Shown: in pieces, positions 1 to 7,265 of the stretch
How positions within the stretch are numbered: the first letter of the stretch is position 1
Layout of the letters: each line of letters opens with the position of its first letter
NCBI GenBank assembly: GCA_963825055.1
Contig: CAWGSK010000014.1
Coordinates: 1 to 17,791, forward strand
Direction of reading: 5' to 3'
DNA: 17,791 bases
From: an uncultured Gemmatimonadales bacterium
GTDB lineage: Bacteria > Gemmatimonadota > Gemmatimonadetes > Gemmatimonadales > GWC2-71-9
The notes under the pieces: generated by a model
What the model saw: the letters and a program-made list of their open reading frames with translations, nothing else
Told to the model about the DNA's origin: nothing
Database searches by the model: none
Made by a program: the position numbers and the translations under genes

Positions 1-1083
1 CTGTCGCTCGAGATCCGCCTGGGCCTGCGCGGCCTCGTACCCCGCCTGGGCGCTTTCCCGCCGTCCCTCCGCCATGCGACGTTCGGCCAGTTCGGAACCT
101 CCCGCGAACGGGGACCAGCTCACCATCACGCCGATGGTCCAGGATTCGTGGCCCGCAAACGGGCTGTCGGGCGCATTCCACTCCAGTCGGCCGAAACCGT
201 TCACTCGCGGGAGGTAGAGCGACCAGGCGCGCGCCACGTCGGAGCGGGCAGCCTCCAGCGCGCTGGCCGCCGCCTGAACATCCGCCCGCATACCTGGGTC
301 TTCGCCGGGAAGGGTCCGGGCGGCGAGGCGGAGGATGGCTGCGGTATCCGGAAGCGCGTCCGGCAGGGTGAATGCGGTATCAGCAGGCGCGCCCATCACG
401 AGGGCGAGCCTGCTTCGCGCCAGGCGATGGTCACCCCGGGCACCCGCGAGGTCGGCCTCGACACTCCCGGCCCTGACGGAGGCCAGCAGCATGTCCGCGC
501 GCGTGACGAGCTCATTGCGGTGCATTGCTTCCGCGAGACGTTGATGGGCGGCCGCCGCCCGGTAACCGTCCCCCAGGGCCGCGACCTGCTCGCCGGCGAG
601 GATTGCCCCGTAGTAGGCCCGTACCACGTCCAGGCTCGTGCCGGTGCGGGTCCAGGATTCCGACGCACGTGCAGCGGCCGTGGCCCTTGAGGCTGCCTTC
701 CGGCCCAGCCACGCATCGGCATTGAAGAGCGGCTGTTCGACCATGATGGCCCCGGAGACGTTTGCGATCGCCGCTGGATCGTTCAGCCGGGCAGGATCGA
801 ACGCGGCCTGGGTGACGGTGCGCTGTCGCAGGAGGATCCCGAACGCGGAGAGGGGATCCGTCGTCTTCATCCATCCACCCTCGACCCGCAGGGTTGGCAG
901 GATCCCACGGAAGGCGCCGTCGGCCACCCCCGCGCGGGCGGTGACCTCGCCGGCTGCCATGCGGTTGGCCCAGGCATGGTCATCGGCCCTGGCAATCGCC
1001 TCGCCCAGGGTGAGTGTCTGCGCCGGTAACGCGCCGGGAACCAGCGAAGTGAACAGCAGGAATAGCAGTATCCGAACGGTCAT
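1..1083 (-). CDS. TolC-family outer membrane efflux protein (3' end beyond window edge)
   Basis: Not in the ORF track; translated by hand from ATG 1083: MTVRILLFLLFTSLVPGALPAQTLTLGEAIARA...EQPLFN...LDVVRAYYG...ADVQAA...SLYLPRV. Signal peptide and OEP-type motifs, open to position 1; GGAG upstream. Confidence 0.88.
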   Translation of the reverse strand, partial: MTVRILLFLLFTSLVPGALPAQTLTLGEAIARADDHAWANRMAAGEVTARAGVADGAFRGILPTLRVEGGWMKTTDPLSAFGILLRQRTVTQAAFDPARLNDPAAIANVSGAIMVEQPLFNADAWLGRKAASRATAAARASESWTRTGTSLDVVRAYYGAILAGEQVAALGDGYRAAAAHQRLAEAMHRNELVTRADMLLASVRAGSVEADLAGARGDHRLARSRLALVMGAPADTAFTLPDALPDTAAILRLAARTLPGEDPGMRADVQAAASALEAARSDVARAWSLYLPRVNGFGRLEWNAPDSPFAGHESWTIGVMVSWSPFAGGSELAERRMAEGRRESAQAGYEAAQAQADLERQ

Positions 1084-1118
1084 GATCCGATCCGCTCCAG
1101 GGAGACGGGTTGCGCATC

Positions 1119-1147
1119 AGTATATGATTAAGTACTTATATATGCAA
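1119..1147 (-). promoter_or_regulatory. sigma70-type promoter for tolC overlapped by a probable ArsR operator
   Basis: Minus strand TTGCAT-17 nt-TATACT; imperfect inverted repeat TATATGATTA-AG-TACTTATATA at 1121-1142 in an AT-rich island. Confidence 0.7.
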
Positions 1148-1195
1148 GCGCGGAGACCCGCGGCCGCGCGACCGCTCACTCCTGTGAGGAAATCG

Positions 1196-1543
1196 ATGGC
1201 ACACACGCTTCTGACCCCCAGGCTACTGCACCAGGTGGCTGACCGGTTCAAGGCCCTGGCCGAGCCGAGCCGCCTTCAGATCCTGCAGACCCTGCGGCAG
1301 GGCGAGGCGACGGTCACGTCACTGGTGAAGCAGACCGGGTTGTCCCAGGCAAACCTTTCACGCCATCTGCGTGTCCTGCTGGGGATGGGATTCGTGGAGC
1401 GACGCAAGGAAGGGCTGCACGCCTGGTACCGCCTGGCGGACCAGGATGTGCTGCAGCTGTGCGACCTGGTGTGCGGCCGGCTGGAACGCCAACTGGAAGC
1501 ACGGCGGCAGGAGCTGGCTGATCGGCCAAATTTCAGCGGCTGA
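1196..1543 (+). CDS. ArsR/SmtB family transcriptional repressor
   Basis: FKALAEPSRLQIL...LSQANLSRHLRVL...VERRKEG..WYRL winged HTH; GAGGA at 1186-1190 before ATG 1196; C-terminal LCDLVC. Confidence 0.93.
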   Translation: MAHTLLTPRLLHQVADRFKALAEPSRLQILQTLRQGEATVTSLVKQTGLSQANLSRHLRVLLGMGFVERRKEGLHAWYRLADQDVLQLCDLVCGRLERQLEARRQELADRPNFSG

Positions 1544-1934
1544 GGTACGTCTCGATGACCTGGAGCAGGCTCGCGTGCGAGAAAGGCTTCTGGAGGAAGG
1601 TGGCGTCGTCGGGAACCAGGCCGCGCATGCAGCTCTCGGGTCCGACGAATCCCGACATGTAGATCACGCGAAGGTCCGGGCGCAGTTGGCGCATGGCAGT
1701 CGCCAGGTCCCAGCCCCCCATTCCGGGCATGATGAGGTCGGTCAGGAGCAGATCCGGGGGCGCGGGAGCCTCCCGGACCAGTTCCAGTGCACGGGGGCCG
1801 TTGTCGGCAAGCATGACGCGGAACCCCTCGGCCTCGAGAATGCGCGAGGCCAGGGTTCGCACATGCTCCTCGTCATCGGCGACGAGCAGGGTGGGCGGAT
1901 CGCCGGGTACCCTTCCAGACCGCGAGGGTTCCAT
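1533..1934 (-). CDS. single-domain response regulator (receiver only)
   Basis: LVADDE, LLLTDLIMPGMGG (phosphoacceptor Asp), YMSG, FLQKPF; no output domain. Confidence 0.9.
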   Translation of the reverse strand: MEPSRSGRVPGDPPTLLVADDEEHVRTLASRILEAEGFRVMLADNGPRALELVREAPAPPDLLLTDLIMPGMGGWDLATAMRQLRPDLRVIYMSGFVGPESCMRGLVPDDATFLQKPFSHASLLQVIETYLSR

Positions 1935-1960
1935 GGCCGTCCTGTCAAAGTGGCACGGGT

Positions 1961-1999
1961 AAAAAACCCCGGCTGCCCGCCGTAGCGGGCAACAAGGGG
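1961..1999 (-). terminator. intrinsic terminator-like hairpin 5' of the response regulator
   Basis: Minus strand CCCC-TT-GTTGCCCGC-TACG-GCGGGCAGC-C-GGGG-TTTTTT; C(UACG)G tetraloop and U6 tail. Confidence 0.7.
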
Positions 2000-2094
2000 A
2001 CGCACCACATTACCAGTCGCAGGAAGGACTGGCAAGACCCCAGCTGTCCGCCTTTCCACGCCTTGGAATGGTGCGTGGCATCCGGTCCCCTGTC
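1992..2094 (-). ncRNA. candidate structured RNA or attenuator leader (family unassigned)
   Basis: Closing stem ACGCACCA/TGGTGCGT (2000-2007/2069-2076) encloses hairpins CCAGTC/GACTGG and TTCCA/TGGAA and abuts the terminator. Confidence 0.35.
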
Positions 2095-2116
2095 CCTAAC
2101 CCACAGGAGCTCACGC

Positions 2117-3679
2117 GTGAGTCGATCTGCCCTCTTCGCCCTTTGCCTGATGGCCGGTGCGGCCGTCCCGGCCAGTGCCCAGCGTCCCTCGCCACCACCC
2201 GATCTCGACCGCTATGTCGAGCAGGTCATGGCGGATTATGGCGTGCCGGGCCTCGCCCTCACCATCGTCAAGGACGGCCAGGTGGTGGTGGCGCGCGGAT
2301 ACGGGGTCCGTGCGCTGGGCGACCCCACGCCGGTGGACGCCCATACCCTGTTCGGGATCGCCTCGAACACCAAGGCCTTCACGGCCACTGCGCTTGGCCT
2401 GCTGGTCGACGAGGGAAAGCTGTCCTGGGAAGACCCGGTGATCGACCACCTTCCCTGGTTCCGCCTCTCCGATCCGTACGTCACGAGCCAGCTCACCATC
2501 CGCGACCTCCTCGTCCACCGCAGCGGCCTGGGACTCGGGGCCGGCGACCTGCTCTGGTGGCCCCCCTCCTCGTACAACCGCGAGGAGATCGCCCGGCGCC
2601 TCCGGTACATCCCGCTCGCGACGAGTTTCCGGAGCGCCTACGCGTACGATAACGTCCTCTACCTCGTTGCCGGTGAGGTCATCGAGGCGGTGAGCGGCCG
2701 GACATGGGAGCAGTTCATCCAGGAGCGGATTCTGGACTCGCTGGGCATGACCGACAGCCGGGTCCGCCACAGCGATGCCACTCGCGGCGGGAATGTCGCG
2801 ACGCCGCACGCCCGGGTGGAGGGGATGGTGCGGGTGATCAAGCCCTTCGACAGCGACAATACCAATCCCGCGGGCGGCATCAATGCCAGCGCGACGGACA
2901 TGGCGAAGTGGCTGATGGTGCAGCTGGACTCCGGTCGGGTGGCCGGCGGGCGCCTCTTCCCCGCCGGCCTCACGCGCCAGCTCTGGACGATCGTGACGCC
3001 CCAGCCCATCGGGCGACCCGCGAAGGAGCTTGCGCCGCTGGCGAACAACTTCCGGGGCTATGCCCTGGGGTTCGAGGTCCGGGACTATCGCGGGCGCAAG
3101 CTGGTGACCCATACCGGCGGCCTGCCGGGCTACATCTCCCGCGTCGCCATGATCCCCGGCGAGAAGCTCGGGGTCGCCGTCCTGACCAACATGGAATCGG
3201 TGGCAATGGAACCCATCTACCTCCGGATCCTGGACCACTACCTCGGGGCGAAATACGACTGGCGCTCGGCGTTCCGGACCGTGATCGCCCGGGCCGATTC
3301 GGCCACGGCGGCTGGCGATGCGGCGGCCAGCGCGGCGCGCGACAGTCTCTCGACCCCCTCGCTGCCGCTCGACCGCTACGCGGGGACGTATCGGGACCCG
3401 TGGTATGGCGACGTGGTCGTGACGAAGGAAGGTGACGGACTCCGCATCCGGTTCGCGCATACGCCTGCGCTCGTCGGAGACCTCCGTCACTGGCAGTACG
3501 ACACGTTCCTCGCCCACTGGGACGACCGCGAACTCCGCGCGGATGCCTTCGTGACCTTCGCGCTCACGCCGGAAGGCATGATAGACCGCGTCCGTATCGT
3601 TCCCGCCTCGCCCTCGGTGGATTTCAGCTTCGATTTCCAGGACCTCGACCTGAGGCCCGTTCAGAAAGAGCAGCCATGA
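2117..3679 (+). CDS. secreted serine hydrolase, beta-lactamase class C/PBP-like, with DUF3471-like C-terminal domain
   Basis: SxxK (ASNTK), YxN (YDN) and HTG motifs; signal peptide ending ASA-Q; C-terminal YAGTYRDPWYG; AGGAG before GTG 2117. Confidence 0.9.
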   Translation: MSRSALFALCLMAGAAVPASAQRPSPPPDLDRYVEQVMADYGVPGLALTIVKDGQVVVARGYGVRALGDPTPVDAHTLFGIASNTKAFTATALGLLVDEGKLSWEDPVIDHLPWFRLSDPYVTSQLTIRDLLVHRSGLGLGAGDLLWWPPSSYNREEIARRLRYIPLATSFRSAYAYDNVLYLVAGEVIEAVSGRTWEQFIQERILDSLGMTDSRVRHSDATRGGNVATPHARVEGMVRVIKPFDSDNTNPAGGINASATDMAKWLMVQLDSGRVAGGRLFPAGLTRQLWTIVTPQPIGRPAKELAPLANNFRGYALGFEVRDYRGRKLVTHTGGLPGYISRVAMIPGEKLGVAVLTNMESVAMEPIYLRILDHYLGAKYDWRSAFRTVIARADSATAAGDAAASAARDSLSTPSLPLDRYAGTYRDPWYGDVVVTKEGDGLRIRFAHTPALVGDLRHWQYDTFLAHWDDRELRADAFVTFALTPEGMIDRVRIVPASPSVDFSFDFQDLDLRPVQKEQP

Positions 3680-4119
3680 GCGCTTCCCACGCCCCCGAGC
3701 CCTTCGTCGTGGAGCTCACCCTCGACGAGGGTTACGCCTTTACGACGCGCTACCCCGGCACCGACCTTCCCTCGGTGCTCGTGGATGAACTCCCGCCCAT
3801 TGGCGAGGGACGCGGACCCAATCCCGCCCGCCTCCTGGCCTCGTCCATCGGCCACTGTTTGGGCGCGAGCCTCCTCTTCTGCCTCGCCAAGTCCCGCGTG
3901 CCGGTGGCCGGCATGACCATCCGGGTGGAGAGTACACTCGTCCGCAACGAGGCCGGACGCCTCCGAGTCGGACCCGTCCGGGTCCGGCTTGCGCCCGATA
4001 TCGCGGCGGAGGACCGGCAGCGGATCAGCCGGTGCCTCGAGGTGTTCGAGGACTACTGTATCGTGACGGGCAGTCTGCGGAAGGGACTCGAGATCGAGGT
4101 CGAGGTGGAGCCGGCCTGA
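3676..4119 (+). CDS. OsmC family protein
   Basis: DE..PIGEGRGPNPARLLASSIGHCL and YCIVTGSL (two conserved Cys); ATGA overlap with the upstream gene. Confidence 0.88.
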   Translation: MSASHAPEPFVVELTLDEGYAFTTRYPGTDLPSVLVDELPPIGEGRGPNPARLLASSIGHCLGASLLFCLAKSRVPVAGMTIRVESTLVRNEAGRLRVGPVRVRLAPDIAAEDRQRISRCLEVFEDYCIVTGSLRKGLEIEVEVEPA

Positions 4120-4150
4120 CAGCGGCCACTGGCCAGGCAACAGGTGGAAC

Positions 4151-4318
4151 TCAGCGATCCATCCGAAGCTCCGCAGGCAGGTCGTCCACCCGGCTCGCGC
4201 TCAAACGGGAATGTTCGCGGTGATCGTGGCAGGGTCCCACTCCCACCAGCGGAGACGCGCTCCGCTGCCAGGTTACGGGCAGCACGGCGATGAGGGGCAG
4301 CGTGTGGACGGACGGCAT
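4151..4318 (-). CDS. possible small hypothetical protein (55 aa)
   Basis: GAGGG 10 nt before ATG 4318; about 80% G/C at third codon positions; fills an otherwise empty gap; no recognised family. Confidence 0.35.
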   Translation of the reverse strand: MPSVHTLPLIAVLPVTWQRSASPLVGVGPCHDHREHSRLSASRVDDLPAELRMDR

Positions 4319-4381
4319 GTGCGGGTGTCCCTCAACGATGCCGGAGCCGGCGCCCCCCATGGGCCCGGTGCGCCGGCGCCT

Positions 4382-5134
4382 CTATTGCCGGCCGCGCCAG
4401 GCGTCGAGATCGCGGACCGGGATCTTCCAGAAGACAGCGCCCTGGCGCAGTAACGACTGGAGACGGAGAAGCCTGCCATCGCGGCGGGCCAGCCACAGCG
4501 TGGTCGGCGCCCCGCCGCCGGCATAGGAAATTTCCCAGGCCTCCACCGGCCCCGCGGCGGTCTGCAGCGTTGTCGTGCCGGTGACCCGAATGACCGTCGG
4601 ACGCGGCGCGGGAGGCCACGGTGGATTGTACCCCTCGATGATCGCCACCAGCCCGGGAGCCAGCGGCAGGGCGCGTATCACTTCCTCGTCCACTACGGAG
4701 TTGAATACGGGGGCATCGAACGTGAAGTGGACGTCCCGGCTGGCACTGTCCTTCGGGGAGACCGTCCCCCGCACCACTGTTCCGTCGAACTGGAAACGCT
4801 GTTCGGCGTCCTGCAGGACCGCGACATAGGACACCGGCGCAAGATCACCGGCCCTGACCACGGACGTATCCACGTTCTCCCCGCCGTCCGAGGTGTACCG
4901 CTGTACGATCCGCCAGTGGCCGGTGCCGGTGCGTTCAACCGAGCGGATCAATCTGGAAATGGAACGCTCGCCACCGTCCGGCTGCCGGACCAGCAGTTGA
5001 AACGTGTCAACGCCGGCGAGCAGGGTCGAGCCGTCCACCAGGGAACTGCCTGCCGCGACGCGAACGCTGTCCTGGGCGCGGAGAGTGGCTGGAAGCAGAA
5101 GGCCAAGACAGATGATGGTCCTGAGGAGGCGCAT
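4382..5134 (-). CDS. secreted hypothetical protein (beta-rich, possibly DUF3108-like)
   Basis: Signal peptide MRLLRTIICLGLLLPATLRA-Q; TAAGPVEAW and TTLWLA segments; family guess is weak. Confidence 0.75.
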   Translation of the reverse strand: MRLLRTIICLGLLLPATLRAQDSVRVAAGSSLVDGSTLLAGVDTFQLLVRQPDGGERSISRLIRSVERTGTGHWRIVQRYTSDGGENVDTSVVRAGDLAPVSYVAVLQDAEQRFQFDGTVVRGTVSPKDSASRDVHFTFDAPVFNSVVDEEVIRALPLAPGLVAIIEGYNPPWPPAPRPTVIRVTGTTTLQTAAGPVEAWEISYAGGGAPTTLWLARRDGRLLRLQSLLRQGAVFWKIPVRDLDAWRGRQ

Positions 5135-5241
5135 GGGAAGCTCACGAGGAGAGGAAGAAGTCAGGCCGGCACTCCCCGTTACGGAATCGGTTCCTGCCAG
5201 GTTCCATCAGGCCTGCTGGCTGGCCGTGCCTGGAGGCAGGG

Positions 5242-6129
5242 TCAGGCGGACGGCAGCCGGGCGCCTGCGGGGCTCCTGAGCCGGACATCCACACCCCAGG
5301 GGTCGGTGACGACCACCGAGCCATCATGCTCCGTCACAGCATGCCCCGCCGCGGTGAGTGACGCCCGAGCGGCGCGGACGGCGGCGTCATCCGGCAGGCG
5401 AAGCTCCCATTCCAGCAGCCTCGCATCCCCCGGCCCGGCCGCCTGCACGCCGCGCGACCAGGTATTCGTGCCCAGGTGGTGGTGGTAGCCGCCGGCGGAA
5501 AGGAACAGCGCCCCCGGATAGTCCCGCGTTGTGACGGCGAGGCCGAGGTCGCGCTGGTAGAAGCGCTCGGCCGACCCGAGGTCATCCACCGAAAGGTGCA
5601 CGTGACCCATGCGGGTGCCGGCCGGCATGCCGGTCCACGGGGCTGCGGCGTCCGCGAGCAGGCCATCGACGTCCAGCGGGTCCGACGCCATCATGAGCCG
5701 CCCGTCACGGTAGGGCCACTCCTCGCGGGGCCGGTCGGCGTAGACCTCGATGCCAAGCCCGTCGGGATCGTACAGGTAGAGCGCCTCGCTCACGAGGTGG
5801 TCAGCCATCCCGGGCTGGATTCCGTGGGCAGCGAGGTGCGCCAGGAATCCGCCCAGCGCGGCGCGGTCCGGCACGAGGATGGCAAAGTGATACAGGCCCA
5901 GCCGGCCACGCCGCGGCGCCGGGGCCACGCCGGGCTTCTCGTGAAGCATGATGATTGGTTCCACACCGCCGATACCGGCCAGTCCGGCCGCGCCATCCCC
6001 GCGCGAGGCCACCGACAGGCCGAGGATCTGCTCGTAGTACGCCAGCGAACGCCCCAGGTCGGAAACCTGGAGACGCACGGTGCCGACATCCGTCGCATCC
6101 GGCAGCAGGTGGCTCCCCTGAGTAGTCAT
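5242..6129 (-). CDS. VOC family protein, catechol 2,3-dioxygenase (B. subtilis CatE-like)
   Basis: GLYHFAIL, DHLVSEALYLYDPDG..IEVYADRP, GHVHL, GGYHHHLGTNTW. Confidence 0.88.
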   Translation of the reverse strand: MTTQGSHLLPDATDVGTVRLQVSDLGRSLAYYEQILGLSVASRGDGAAGLAGIGGVEPIIMLHEKPGVAPAPRRGRLGLYHFAILVPDRAALGGFLAHLAAHGIQPGMADHLVSEALYLYDPDGLGIEVYADRPREEWPYRDGRLMMASDPLDVDGLLADAAAPWTGMPAGTRMGHVHLSVDDLGSAERFYQRDLGLAVTTRDYPGALFLSAGGYHHHLGTNTWSRGVQAAGPGDARLLEWELRLPDDAAVRAARASLTAAGHAVTEHDGSVVVTDPWGVDVRLRSPAGARLPSA

Positions 6130-6133
6130 GAGG

Positions 6134-6580
6134 TCAGGCCGCCGACGTGCGGCGGCTCGCCAGCATGTAATCCAGCGAGAACCGCCCCGCGCCTGCCAGA
6201 GCCAGTGCGAGGTTGGCCCCCATCAGCGTGAACGCAAACTCGAACCCGCTCGGCAGGAAGAAGCCATTCCGGAAGTGCACGAAGAGCACGGCGCCGAGCA
6301 TGTTCAACGTGAGCCCGATGGCCGCAACCCGCGTGAGCAGCCCGAACAGGATGGCCAGGCCGCCGAAGAACTCGAGCAGGGCCACGAGCGGGCCAACGAT
6401 GTCCGCGGCGGGGATGCCCATCTGGCCGAAGGAGCCGGCCACGCCGGAGAACCCGAACACGAAGAGTTTCTGGGCCCCGTGTGCGACGAACACGAGTCCA
6501 ACCACGATCCGCAGGATCGCGAGGACGATATCAAGACGGCGCGATGGCGCCGGAGCCGGACAGGTGGTTGAGGCAGTCAT
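6134..6580 (-). CDS. DoxX family membrane protein (CatD/MhqP-like)
   Basis: LRIVVGLVFVAHGAQKLF, EFFGG, GLLTR, GFEF, GAGRFSLD; AGGAG RBS. Confidence 0.9.
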   Translation of the reverse strand: MTASTTCPAPAPSRRLDIVLAILRIVVGLVFVAHGAQKLFVFGFSGVAGSFGQMGIPAADIVGPLVALLEFFGGLAILFGLLTRVAAIGLTLNMLGAVLFVHFRNGFFLPSGFEFAFTLMGANLALALAGAGRFSLDYMLASRRTSAA

Positions 6581-6672
6581 AGGTACTCTCCTGCTATGGT
6601 GAGCGGGACAGTCAGCCGTCCCGGTGGAACCTCATGTGGTGCTGTATCACCGAACCCCGGACAAGATGCCGG

Positions 6673-7137
6673 TTACAGGGACTCCCGTGCTTCCGCGAGC
6701 AGTGCGCTGAGCTGGCGCAGTTTTCCAGCCCCGAGGCGGCCGACCTGACGCATGTGAAGGGCGTCCATGACGCCATCCAGCTCCGCGAGAAGCGCCAGCC
6801 CGCGCGCATTGATCCGGGAACGGACTACGCGGCGGTCCTCCCCGCCCCGGTCCCGCACGACAAGGCCCATGTCTACCAGGCGGTCCAGCAGGCGCGTGGC
6901 ATCCGCCACCGGGGAGACGAGGCGGTCACGCACTTCATTGCGTCCGAGACCCTCCGGCTCCGCGCCGCGCAGGATCCGGAGGACGTTGTACTGCGTTGGG
7001 GTCAGGCCATGCGGCTTGAGCGCCTCGGCGGTGTTGTGCTCGAGCAGTGCGGCGGTCCGGGCAATGCTCAGCACCGCTTCGTGCTCAGGGCCCCGGAAGG
7101 GCTTCGCCTGCTGGATCTCCTGCTGCAGTGATGTCAT
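6673..7137 (-). CDS. MarR family transcriptional regulator
   Basis: GLTPTQYNVLRIL, TRLLDRL...GLV.R...DRRVV. Confidence 0.92.
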   Translation of the reverse strand: MTSLQQEIQQAKPFRGPEHEAVLSIARTAALLEHNTAEALKPHGLTPTQYNVLRILRGAEPEGLGRNEVRDRLVSPVADATRLLDRLVDMGLVVRDRGGEDRRVVRSRINARGLALLAELDGVMDALHMRQVGRLGAGKLRQLSALLAEARESL

Positions 7138-7143
7138 GGATCG

Positions 7144-7172
7144 AAACTAGGTGTTATAACACTTATTGTCAA
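7144..7172 (-). promoter_or_regulatory. sigma70 promoter of marR with palindromic operator in the spacer
   Basis: TTGACA (7167-7172)-17 nt-TAGTTT (7144-7149), then 6 nt to ATG; perfect palindrome GTGTTATAACAC at 7151-7162. Confidence 0.8.
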
Positions 7173-7265
7173 GACCTCCCCTCCCGGGCAGGTTTGCCCA
7201 CCACAACCCGGACCCCGTTGTTTCCGCTGGAGCCCGGGGCAACCCACGTGAGGATACGGCCGGAC

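Noticed and set aside
638..1195. Long N-terminal extensions in the ORF track (ArsR from 638, Acr3 from 7047, protease from 10036)
   Set aside because: They overlap divergent genes and promoters; downstream SD-associated starts give family-typical lengths.
1991..2041. AAGGGGA...GGCAAGACCCC resembling a yybP-ykoY riboswitch; also tried tRNA, c-di-GMP, Moco and ZTP patterns
   Set aside because: Lacks GGGGAGUA and the other conserved cores, and has no TTCRA loop; kept only as an unassigned structure.
2111..3517. 468-aa minus-strand ORF (likewise 8927-9853, 10207-11256, 16002-16949)
   Set aside because: Antisense shadows of well-supported genes.
2117..3679. Antibiotic-resistance beta-lactamase call
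   Set aside because: HTG rather than KTG and an extra C-terminal domain fit the broader peptidase/amidase group; no evidence of resistance.
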